From: Deltaproteobacteria bacterium
Lineage (GTDB): Bacteria > Bdellovibrionota_B > Oligoflexia > Oligoflexales > Bog-1112
Direction of reading: 5' to 3'
NCBI GenBank assembly: GCA_947466225.1
Contig: CANIBL010000001.1
Span: forward strand, 20,720-84,719
Length of the DNA stretch: 64,000 nucleotides
Shown: piece after piece, positions 18,227-26,600 of the stretch
Numbering within the stretch: position 1 is the first letter of the stretch
Layout of the letters: each line of letters opens with the position of its first letter
Program-made: the position numbers and the translations under genes
Notes under the pieces: model-generated
Databases searched by the model: none
What the model was told of the DNA's origin: nothing
The model's input: only the letters and a program-made list of their open reading frames with translations

Positions 18227-19237
18227 TCATCTCCTTGTACAAAGTGTCGGACCTGTACCGACTTCATCCTCGAGCCATTGTGCATTCGCTTGTGCCAGTC
18301 GAGATAATAGCGCTGGCTTTGCAGCTGGCTCACAGATCAAATGAAGATTGGGACCTGCATCGATGGTGAAGTACACTTCGAGCCCTTCTTCCTGTCGCCA
18401 GCGTCGAACTTGCACAATCCACGCAGAAGTGTCAGCGGTGAGGTAGCAAATGGGGGGCTCCACGCTCAACATGATGCTGTGCATTTCAAGTGCTTCTTGT
18501 TCCAGCAAAGGCCCCAACTGGGAGAGATCTTGCGTAGCTAGTGCTTCGAGCATGGCTCTTTTACGCGTAGGTAGCCCAGAGAGTCGAGGCAAGAACAAGG
18601 GGCTATCCCAAGCCGTTAGATGTCCTTGAGAAGAGGATATGATCTTGGGTGCTATGGAAATCAGAAGCAAAATATCGCACAGGCGCCAATGTTCAGCTGG
18701 AAACAAGGGATAGGCCCGTTGAGACGCAGGACCAGCAGCCGCTTCCCAAGCAACAAACCCGCCCCAAAAACTGCGACAGGCGCTGCCGGATCCTTTTCGC
18801 GCCCAAGATGCCAGTTGCGCCCGGGAAATACCTTGTTCGGTAAGCGAATCCCAACTGGGAGCTTCTAGCAAGCACGCCACAGTGGCAAGCGTAAGGGCTG
18901 CCATCCCACTTGCGCTGCTTGCGATACCACAGCTGTCGGGAAAGGTATTTTTTGTCTCGATACGCAAATGGATCGGCGTTTCTTCCAGCATGTCGAACAA
19001 AAAGGCAAGGTGCCGCATGGCTTTTTGCGCAAAAGGGTCCTGAGAGGAAAGCTTGTGCCCATTGAAGTAGAACTCTGACTGTGCACTCCGCTGTACAGAA
19101 GTTTCAGTACGAGCGTTTCGCAAGGTCATGGACAAAGAGTCGTTGGCAGGCCATTGGGCGGCAGCATCTGCTTTACCCCAATATTTTAAAAATGCGATGT
19201 TACTTGGCGCTTCCGCTAGGTAAACAGTGGCTGCCAT
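18227..19237 (-). CDS. mvaD: diphosphomevalonate decarboxylase
   Basis: APSNIAFLKYWGK and the GHMP motif GIASSASG are present, with typical MVD length. Confidence 0.88.
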   Translation of the reverse strand: MAATVYLAEAPSNIAFLKYWGKADAAAQWPANDSLSMTLRNARTETSVQRSAQSEFYFNGHKLSSQDPFAQKAMRHLAFLFDMLEETPIHLRIETKNTFPDSCGIASSASGMAALTLATVACLLEAPSWDSLTEQGISRAQLASWARKGSGSACRSFWGGFVAWEAAAGPASQRAYPLFPAEHWRLCDILLLISIAPKIISSSQGHLTAWDSPLFLPRLSGLPTRKRAMLEALATQDLSQLGPLLEQEALEMHSIMLSVEPPICYLTADTSAWIVQVRRWRQEEGLEVYFTIDAGPNLHLICEPAAKPALLSRLAQANAQWLEDEVGTGPTLCTRR

Positions 19238-20205
19238 GACGTTCCCTCCTTACGTTCGATACCCGCTACGCCAAGTTTGCCTGGCAATCGGTACCAACCC
19301 AATTTTTGCAATCGTTCTCTTGCCGGCGCTCTTGCTTCTGCAGAACCGAGTAAAAGCAGAGAGTCCTCTCCTCCGGCGCCCGTGGGTTTGTAACTCCATG
19401 CACGGTCCAACCCACTGAGACCTTCAAAAGCAGTGCGAATTGCCCTCGGAAAATGCGGGGCTGCTTCGAAGAACTGACGGTATCTTCCCATCTCTGCCAG
19501 GAGGTCATCCAGTGACAAGCGATGGGAAAAAAAACCGACAAGGTGATTTACAGCAGCTTGTGAGCGAAGCATCAGCGCAGGCCATCGATCGCCTGCGTCA
19601 AGCCATGCAAGGGTATCTTGCATGGTAGGTCCGGTGGGGGCGCCCTTTCCCCCCGCCCACGCTTCGCATATGGGTTCGAGTGAGTCGGAGGCAAGCGGCT
19701 GCACAGCCCCAGTGTCAGGCACCAGCAAGAGGAGCCCCCCGTGTACCTGGGTCATGATGTCATACCCAGAGGCATGCCGCTGGCTCACACGCTGCAGCTG
19801 CGTTACAGTCTCACTCAAGCTCTCGCGAGAAAGTGGCGCTGTATCAGGTGCGCATACCTGTGCCAGGGCAGCAATCACCGCACCACGCAGAGCGGAGGAG
19901 GAGCCAAGCCCCGCTTCTATCGCGAGTTGGGATTGTACCTCGATCCGTGCGCCGGGCAGATGCCAGCGCTGTGCAGCCGCTTGCACAGCTTGGATAAAAG
20001 GCTCCGAGGCAGAAAGAGAAGCAAGTTCAGATAAAGGGAAAACCCGGGGCGTTTTCCAAAGATCGGAGGCGAGAGAGTAGCCCTCTTGAAGGGTGCATAG
20101 AACCGTTAAATACGGTTCTATGGTGCACGCGATACAAGCACCCCCGCGAAGGACGGCATATTCTCCTGCCAGCATGATCTTGCCTGGTACTCGAATTTGA
20201 ACCAT
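19216..20205 (-). CDS. GHMP kinase of the mevalonate pathway (phosphomevalonate-kinase-like)
   Basis: PGKIMLAGEYAVLRGG resembles the PMK N-terminal signature more than the GEHAVV of MVK. GLGSSSA and KPTGAGGEDS are also present. It overlaps mvaD by 22 nt. Confidence 0.72.
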   Translation of the reverse strand: MVQIRVPGKIMLAGEYAVLRGGACIACTIEPYLTVLCTLQEGYSLASDLWKTPRVFPLSELASLSASEPFIQAVQAAAQRWHLPGARIEVQSQLAIEAGLGSSSALRGAVIAALAQVCAPDTAPLSRESLSETVTQLQRVSQRHASGYDIMTQVHGGLLLLVPDTGAVQPLASDSLEPICEAWAGGKGAPTGPTMQDTLAWLDAGDRWPALMLRSQAAVNHLVGFFSHRLSLDDLLAEMGRYRQFFEAAPHFPRAIRTAFEGLSGLDRAWSYKPTGAGGEDSLLLLGSAEARAPARERLQKLGWYRLPGKLGVAGIERKEGTSWQPLFT

Positions 20206-20206
20206 T

Positions 20207-21544
20207 TTACGGATCTCGAGGCAGAGTGAAATGGTGTCGAACTTGGGCTTCGTAGGGGTGACCCAAGGACAGGCGATGTGCTAGCTGGGGGAGAGTCGCG
20301 CTACCTGTAGCTAACATGGTGATTTTCAGTCCATCGAGAAGAGAGGCCAACACGGATTCGACTCGTTCTGCAGATTCAAGGGCAGCTTGCATCAAGGGAA
20401 GGCCGACACCGACCATGTTAGCCCCCAATGCGATGGCTTTGGCTGCCGTGAGGCCGGATCGAATGCCGCCGGTGGCAACCAATGGGACCTCTGGTGGCAA
20501 TGATTGCCGTAGGGTTTGCAAGCTATAAGCGGTGGGAATCCCCCAGTCGCGAAAGACGCGAGAAAGTTCTTGCCGCAAAGAATCCTGGCTTCGCAGTCCT
20601 TCGATATAAGGCCATGAAGTACCCCCACGTCCACCTACGTCTAATACGGCAACACCAGCTGCCAGCAGTTGGGTCGCAGACTCTAGGTCGAGACCAGATC
20701 CTACTTCTTTGACAAGAACGGGTACGGACAATCGGGCGCAGACTTCAGCGATTTTATCCAGTACGCCGAGGAAGCTGCGATCGCCTTCTGGCTGGATACA
20801 TTCCTGCATCACATTGAGATGCAAGGCCAGAGCATCAGCGCCCACCATGTCCACGGCTTGCTGGCACCATGCGACGCCTTGGGGTTGCAACAGCTGGGCA
20901 ACTCCAAGGTTGCCGATGAGGAAGAGGTTCGGGTATTCGGTTTTCAGTTGGAAGACAGAGCGGCAAGACGGATCTTCCAAGGCCACACGCTGAGAACCGA
21001 TGCCCATGGGAATATTGTGCGTACAAGCCGCTTGGGCCAGTCGACGGTTAATTTCATGACCCTGTGCAACGCCACCGGTCATGCCCGTAATCAAAAAAGG
21101 AGAGGCAAAGCGGTGCCCCAAAAGCGAGACCTGGGTATTGACTTGATGTAAAGACAATCCCGACAGTGCGTAAGGGATAAACGAGAAGGTTTCAAAGCCC
21201 GTAAAACGATCCGAGGCTTCGACATCTTCGCGCTGGCAAAAATCCAGATGTTCACTTTTTCGAAGTTGGCCAATCAAGGACTGAAATCGAGGCACATCCT
21301 CAGGCACCAACTGGATGGTGAGCAGGGTTCCTTCTCTTTGCAAGGTATGCCCGGAGAACGTGCATTGTGATTCATCGTTAGATCGTATGGTAAATTGAAA
21401 AGGGTATGCGAAGACGGATGACGATACGTCTTCTACCTCGATATACAAAAGATCGAGGCGGTCCATGCGAAGAACGCGTCCTTGTGCCTGTTGAGGGCCC
21501 GTCCACGTAAGAGGCGGGGAAAAGACCAGACTTTTGAGTCCCAT
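20207..21544 (-). CDS. fni: type 2 (FMN-dependent) isopentenyl-diphosphate isomerase with an N-terminal extension of ~90 aa
   Basis: The IDI-2 core starts near LRKSEHLDFC and includes SPFLITGMTGG and the TIM-barrel glycine-rich C-terminal half. ATG at 21544 is preceded by AGGA 9 nt upstream. Confidence 0.82.
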   Translation of the reverse strand: MGLKSLVFSPPLTWTGPQQAQGRVLRMDRLDLLYIEVEDVSSSVFAYPFQFTIRSNDESQCTFSGHTLQREGTLLTIQLVPEDVPRFQSLIGQLRKSEHLDFCQREDVEASDRFTGFETFSFIPYALSGLSLHQVNTQVSLLGHRFASPFLITGMTGGVAQGHEINRRLAQAACTHNIPMGIGSQRVALEDPSCRSVFQLKTEYPNLFLIGNLGVAQLLQPQGVAWCQQAVDMVGADALALHLNVMQECIQPEGDRSFLGVLDKIAEVCARLSVPVLVKEVGSGLDLESATQLLAAGVAVLDVGGRGGTSWPYIEGLRSQDSLRQELSRVFRDWGIPTAYSLQTLRQSLPPEVPLVATGGIRSGLTAAKAIALGANMVGVGLPLMQAALESAERVESVLASLLDGLKITMLATGSATLPQLAHRLSLGHPYEAQVRHHFTLPRDP

Positions 21545-21640
21545 ATGCGGAAATCCTACTTGATTCGGTGGGGCAACCTAACATAGTTTGGTTGCGGTGA
21601 CAAACTCTCTTGGCGGCTCTATTACACTGGAGGTAATTGC

Positions 21641-21760
21641 ATGCAGGTTCTCCTCGGCATCGTCACAGGTATGGCAATGATCGGAATCCCCTTGATTTTG
21701 TTGGCAATTGGACTGGTCCTCTTCGGGTCTGCTTTGCATCGAGTTTTAGATAAACCCTAG
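21641..21760 (+). CDS. small hydrophobic membrane peptide (39 aa), below the ORF-track cutoff
   Basis: GGAGG lies 7 nt upstream of the ATG. Translation: MQVLLGIVTGMAMIGIPLILLAIGLVLFGSALHRVLDKP, one predicted TM helix. Confidence 0.4.
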   Translation: MQVLLGIVTGMAMIGIPLILLAIGLVLFGSALHRVLDKP

Positions 21761-21781
21761 TTACGCTAAGGAGTGTGGAGA

Positions 21782-22831
21782 ATGAGTGGGAAAAAGTTGG
21801 GCTCTCTGTGGATCGTGGGGAGCTGCAGTGTCTCCCTATTGCTGTCTCTATACGCATGCCGCCATGGGGCATCAGAAGAAGCCGCTCCCTTTTTTGGCAA
21901 ACGATTCAAGCAAGCCTTTCATGCAGGGGTCAGCCTCGGGGATTTGGCAGAAGTACAGGTAGATACGACGGCGCTCACCTATGGCTACAAAGTAGGGGAA
22001 GGGAAACTTGCAGGCAAAACCCACAGCGGCACACTGCGCAGCCTTCCTGAGTTTGGGGGCGACCTCTATGCAACAGAGGATGGTGGCGGGTTGCTAACGA
22101 TCAAAGATGAATTGGTTTTTGGTGGGCTAGATGAGCACTTTTATGTTGGAGTTCCAGCGCTACAAGGCGCCCTTGCTTCTCATGATGTCGAAGGGATCTA
22201 TAGCTTTTTGTACTTTTCTCCCGACAGAGCCTCTTCCGATGGAGTTGACTATGGGAGTGTCGAGTTAACCAGGGATCCGATTTCCACGGCTACGACCTTT
22301 CGAATTGCACGAGGAAAGCATGTAACCCAGGCGACCGCTTCCGAACTTCATACCGGTACGTACAAGGATTTGGGCACTGGCATTGTGGAGCTGTGGGATG
22401 GGGGTCATAAGTTTGCCAATGTGCTGCTGCGCCCGAGAAAAAATGGACAAACCTTCGCTGTGGTCGATTTCTCCCAAGGGACACCGAATGCAGGCATTGG
22501 TTTTGCCCAAAAACAACAGGCTCTTCCTGTTATAGCTGATTTGACGGGTTCTTATAATGTGTTGGTTCCAGGGGAAGAGCACTCAGGAGCTGGACAAATT
22601 GTAGGGGACTCTTGGACGCTATATAATAAGGAAGGTCATTCTGTTACGTTTAAGGTGACACAAAATCTACCGTGGAATGGTCTGATGACGGGCAAACTTC
22701 AGATTGACGGAAGGGAACTGTTTCTGTCTGCTATCTACTCAGAAGAAAGCCGGACGATATATGGACTGATCGAACCCAAAACGCGATCGGCGTATGATCC
22801 AACCAATGCCTTTATTGCCATCCGAAAATAA
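21782..22831 (+). CDS. hypothetical lipoprotein
   Basis: Signal peptide with a lipobox (LSLYAC). No known motif recognised. Confidence 0.6.
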   Translation: MSGKKLGSLWIVGSCSVSLLLSLYACRHGASEEAAPFFGKRFKQAFHAGVSLGDLAEVQVDTTALTYGYKVGEGKLAGKTHSGTLRSLPEFGGDLYATEDGGGLLTIKDELVFGGLDEHFYVGVPALQGALASHDVEGIYSFLYFSPDRASSDGVDYGSVELTRDPISTATTFRIARGKHVTQATASELHTGTYKDLGTGIVELWDGGHKFANVLLRPRKNGQTFAVVDFSQGTPNAGIGFAQKQQALPVIADLTGSYNVLVPGEEHSGAGQIVGDSWTLYNKEGHSVTFKVTQNLPWNGLMTGKLQIDGRELFLSAIYSEESRTIYGLIEPKTRSAYDPTNAFIAIRK

Positions 22832-22952
22832 CTCTGGTTATGCTGGAGAAATCGCTTTAATTTCAGCCGAATAAAGAAGCAATTGACCAAATTTGTTGAA
22901 AAATTGGCCCACCATGTTACAAGAGCCTTTTGCGCTTTGACTTATTCGACGC

Positions 22953-24335
22953 ATGGAGCTGGTATTGCAGGTGTTCAACAAACTCTTCTTTTTTCTCCAG
23001 CCGTCTCCTTATCTGCCTGAAATAACAGACACTGAGAAGGTACAGTCTGAATACCGCTACTGGCGCATTCGGACTTTTTACTCCATCTATTTGGGCTATG
23101 CCCTTTTTTACTTTACCCGCAAAAGCTTTACCTTTGCCATGCCTGCTATGATTACCGAGTTGGGGATGAGCAAGGCCGATCTCGGATTTTTGGGTACGAT
23201 TCTCTATATCTCCTATGGATTGAGCAAGTTTGGCAGTGGCATTTTATCTGACAAGGCCAACCCTCGGTATGTGATGGGAATCGGTCTGATTTTAACTGGG
23301 TTATGCAATCTCTTCTTTGGTATGTCCTCCTCCCTTCTATTTTTTTCGATTTTTTGGGGGCTCAACGGAGTGTTTCAAGGCTGGGGATGGCCCTCTTGCA
23401 CGAAATTGCTCATGCATTGGTATAGCCGCTCTGAACGCGGGCGCTGGTGGAGTCTTCATAGTACCTCTCATAATTTGGGGGGCGCACTCATTCCCTTGAT
23501 CGCAGCCTTTGCTGCCACCCACTGGGGATGGCGCGCGGCTTTATGGGTCCCAGCCATAATCTGTATGGTAGCAGGGCTATGGTTGATCCGACAATTACGA
23601 GATGTACCCCAAACCATGGGGTTGCCTTGTGTAGAAAAATTTCGCGGGGAACCGATCACGGAGGCTTCGATTGCAGAGGCAGGGGCCCCTGAATTAAGCG
23701 TTCGTCAGATTTTATTTACCCATATCTTGAATAACCCCTATGTCTGGGTACTTTCCCTCTCGTACTTTTTTGTCTACATCGTGCGTACAGCCGTCAATGA
23801 CTGGGGGGTGCTCTATCTGGTGCAAGCCAAAGGATATAGCAATATCGCGGCTGCCGGTGCGGTAAGTTGGTTTGAAGTAGGGGGATTTTTGGGCACGCTG
23901 AGTATCGGTTGGGCTTCAGATGCAATCTTTCGCGGACATCGTGTACCTGCCATGCTGGCCTGTGCAGCTGGGCTTTTGGTTATTTGTGGGGTCTACTGGC
24001 AATATCCGGGACAGGCACTTTGGATCGACAGTCTTTGGATGGCGACTGTCGGGTTTTTAATCTTTGGCCCTCAGCTTTTAGTGGGCATTGCAGCTGCAGA
24101 ATATGTAGATAAAAAAGCGTCCTGTACCGCCAATGGATTTGCAGGATGTTTCGCTTATATCGGTGCCGCTTCAACGGGATATCCCTTGGGAAAAATTATT
24201 GACGTCTGGGGATGGGAAGGATTTTTTCTCACCCTGATGATTTGCACTGCTGCAGTATTTGTGGTTCTCTTGCCATTGGCTCGCAGCCATCGCCCGAAAG
24301 CCACACTTCATGAAGTCTCTGCTGACGCCGCCTAA
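22953..24335 (+). CDS. MFS organophosphate:phosphate antiporter (GlpT/UhpC family)
   Basis: It has about 12 hydrophobic segments. The N-terminal signature is YRYWRIRTFYSIYLGYALFYFTRKSFTFAMP, and the loop DK.NPR matches OPA-family members. Confidence 0.82.
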   Translation: MELVLQVFNKLFFFLQPSPYLPEITDTEKVQSEYRYWRIRTFYSIYLGYALFYFTRKSFTFAMPAMITELGMSKADLGFLGTILYISYGLSKFGSGILSDKANPRYVMGIGLILTGLCNLFFGMSSSLLFFSIFWGLNGVFQGWGWPSCTKLLMHWYSRSERGRWWSLHSTSHNLGGALIPLIAAFAATHWGWRAALWVPAIICMVAGLWLIRQLRDVPQTMGLPCVEKFRGEPITEASIAEAGAPELSVRQILFTHILNNPYVWVLSLSYFFVYIVRTAVNDWGVLYLVQAKGYSNIAAAGAVSWFEVGGFLGTLSIGWASDAIFRGHRVPAMLACAAGLLVICGVYWQYPGQALWIDSLWMATVGFLIFGPQLLVGIAAAEYVDKKASCTANGFAGCFAYIGAASTGYPLGKIIDVWGWEGFFLTLMICTAAVFVVLLPLARSHRPKATLHEVSADAA

Positions 24336-25587
24336 TTTTCCTGCTTGGCAAACCCGTCAATACCAAGACATTCTGACCAACCTTGCCTTACATATCAGAC
24401 CCGCTGAACAAGGGATGTGGTTTGGCATTGACCCTTCACCTCAAAGGCAGTTTTATTTCTTTTTACATCGGTTTCGCACGCAGTATCAACGGAGCGAAAA
24501 CCGACCTCTCTTACAAAGACTTGCCTACGCACTCTACACAAACAAGCGTATGGAAAATGCGCTGGCTGAGTTGCTTCACGCTTTAGTAGCGCCACCTGAA
24601 GCTATCCATTCAATACAAGAATGCCTCCATCAGCTCCCTCCGGCATATTGGAAGCTCTATCGCTTACAGCACAAATTGGGGCTTTCTCGATGGAAACGAC
24701 TGCGATGGGGCTATGAAGGCATCGCATTATGGAAATCCTTGGATCTACATTTGCAGGCCAGTTTTCCCTATGTCGCTTTTTCTACAAGCAAGACGACATT
24801 TCTGCGTATGTCGACGCCTACTCGAGGTCCCAATGGAGCCCCACAGCTGCAAGAAGAGTTTTTGGCTTATATAGAGGCTGTACAGGAGCGGAAAGAACAT
24901 CATTTATATATCAACTTACAAGATCGACGCTGTCCACGGGAGGAGTCTCATCGAAGCTGGCGTCAGATTTTTAAGTACCTAGGGTTTCAAGAAGAAGCCT
25001 ATCGATGTGCGTGCATCGAATCCTTAGGGGCCAAATTTCCTGGGGTGGTATCAGTGATTACCTTGGATAAGGACTCGCTCTTTTATTACCAAAAAGGGCC
25101 ATATGGAGGAAAGACGGTTTCAGTAGATGTCTTTCAGCAGCAACTTCTTTCTCAGATGTTTGATAAGAAAGACTCTGGCTTTTTCTGGGATCCGACTCTT
25201 CTTGCGAAAGGATTGCAAGCACGTTGCAAAAAGTGGATGCAAGACGTCGAGGCAACATATTTTGCTGAAAAGAACTTTCTTTCTCGCAAAGAACGTCGTA
25301 TCTATCTCGAAATTTTCTACAGCACGTTGATTCAAGAAGTCAGTCGAGATTTCACGTATGTCAATATCAGTTGCAAGGACGCCATCGATCGAGCTGGAGG
25401 GGCATTGGGGTTCCTATATTTCTTTTTATTGAAAGAAAAAAATCCCGATGCAAAACTGGAACACTGGGCCTCTGTGCTTTTTGGACCCGCTTTGATTGTG
25501 AAGCAGCGCGCGCTTTTCTACTCTCGCTTCTCTCGATTCTATGAGGCTACGCAGTATGTGATGGATGCTTCTTCTCATTCTCTCTGA
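24310..25587 (+). CDS. hypothetical protein (425 aa)
   Basis: A long ORF with coding-like composition. The start overlaps the transporter's 3' end by 26 nt. No motif recognised. Confidence 0.6.
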   Translation: MKSLLTPPNFPAWQTRQYQDILTNLALHIRPAEQGMWFGIDPSPQRQFYFFLHRFRTQYQRSENRPLLQRLAYALYTNKRMENALAELLHALVAPPEAIHSIQECLHQLPPAYWKLYRLQHKLGLSRWKRLRWGYEGIALWKSLDLHLQASFPYVAFSTSKTTFLRMSTPTRGPNGAPQLQEEFLAYIEAVQERKEHHLYINLQDRRCPREESHRSWRQIFKYLGFQEEAYRCACIESLGAKFPGVVSVITLDKDSLFYYQKGPYGGKTVSVDVFQQQLLSQMFDKKDSGFFWDPTLLAKGLQARCKKWMQDVEATYFAEKNFLSRKERRIYLEIFYSTLIQEVSRDFTYVNISCKDAIDRAGGALGFLYFFLLKEKNPDAKLEHWASVLFGPALIVKQRALFYSRFSRFYEATQYVMDASSHSL

Positions 25588-25652
25588 TTTATTTGTTACT
25601 GGGGAACCCCAGCTGCGAAGATGCACCAGCAAACCCATCCACACTAGGAGAC

Positions 25653-26600
25653 TTACACAAAAAATTCGCGAAACACCGCTTCACAGGCACGCCAAGGATG
25701 AATCGATTGAGTTTGTACGCGAATCGCATAGGATTGTTGCAAGGCCACAAACTTTGAGCTTTGAGCCAAATGTTGCATGACATAATTTTCCAACTCAACG
25801 GGAAAATAGGCAGCGCGTTGAGACAATCGCTTTTCCACACGAACTGGAGCTTGCTGACCTTCTCGTTTGAGTACTTCTTGCAACAGTGCTTGCACAGAAG
25901 CCGACTGTTGGGTGCTAAGTAGCAATACAGGAGTATGAGATGGAACCGCATGAGCAAGCTCAGAGGCAAAAATTTGTGCTGCCTGCAATGTGGCCCCATC
26001 AGCTTTGTTGACTGCAATGAGATCTGCGATTTCGAGAATCCCCTTCTTCATCGCTTGCAACGCATCGCCACTACTTGGCACTTGCAGCACAACCACTAAA
26101 TCTACGAGATGTCGAATCAAGTGTTCTGATTGCCCCGTACCCACTGTTTCCACTAAGATCCAGTTGCAACCGGCTGCTTCAAACAGTTGGAGGGCCTCCT
26201 GACTGTGCCGTGTAGTTCCACCTAAAAATTGTCCAGAAGGAGCCGGCCGAATAAAGGCGCGAGGATGTCGACTCAACTCCGGCATACGTGTCTTATCAGC
26301 CAAAATACTACCTTGAGACAAAGGGGAGCTAGGATCAATAGAAAGCACGCCGATCCGATTTTCCGGAAAGAGGGAGAGGTAGCACAATCCAAGGGCTTCG
26401 ATGAGGCTACTTTTACCTGCGCCCGGAGGCCCCGTAATCCCAATTCGAAGGGAAGTGGCAGCAGAAAGAGGCAAGCGCTCTACAAGGGCACAAGCCTGTG
26501 CTTCATCTTCTGAATGTTGACTCTCGATTATCGTCAGTGCTTTGGCTAGCGCGCGTCGGTCACCTTGTTGCAGTGCTGCGATCCATTCTTCTGGTGTCAT
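25653..26600 (-). CDS. meaB: methylmalonyl-CoA mutase-associated G-protein chaperone
   Basis: P-loop GPPGAGKSS and NKAD are present. The ATG overlaps the mutase stop as ATGA (26597-26600). Confidence 0.9.
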   Translation of the reverse strand: MTPEEWIAALQQGDRRALAKALTIIESQHSEDEAQACALVERLPLSAATSLRIGITGPPGAGKSSLIEALGLCYLSLFPENRIGVLSIDPSSPLSQGSILADKTRMPELSRHPRAFIRPAPSGQFLGGTTRHSQEALQLFEAAGCNWILVETVGTGQSEHLIRHLVDLVVVLQVPSSGDALQAMKKGILEIADLIAVNKADGATLQAAQIFASELAHAVPSHTPVLLLSTQQSASVQALLQEVLKREGQQAPVRVEKRLSQRAAYFPVELENYVMQHLAQSSKFVALQQSYAIRVQTQSIHPWRACEAVFREFFV

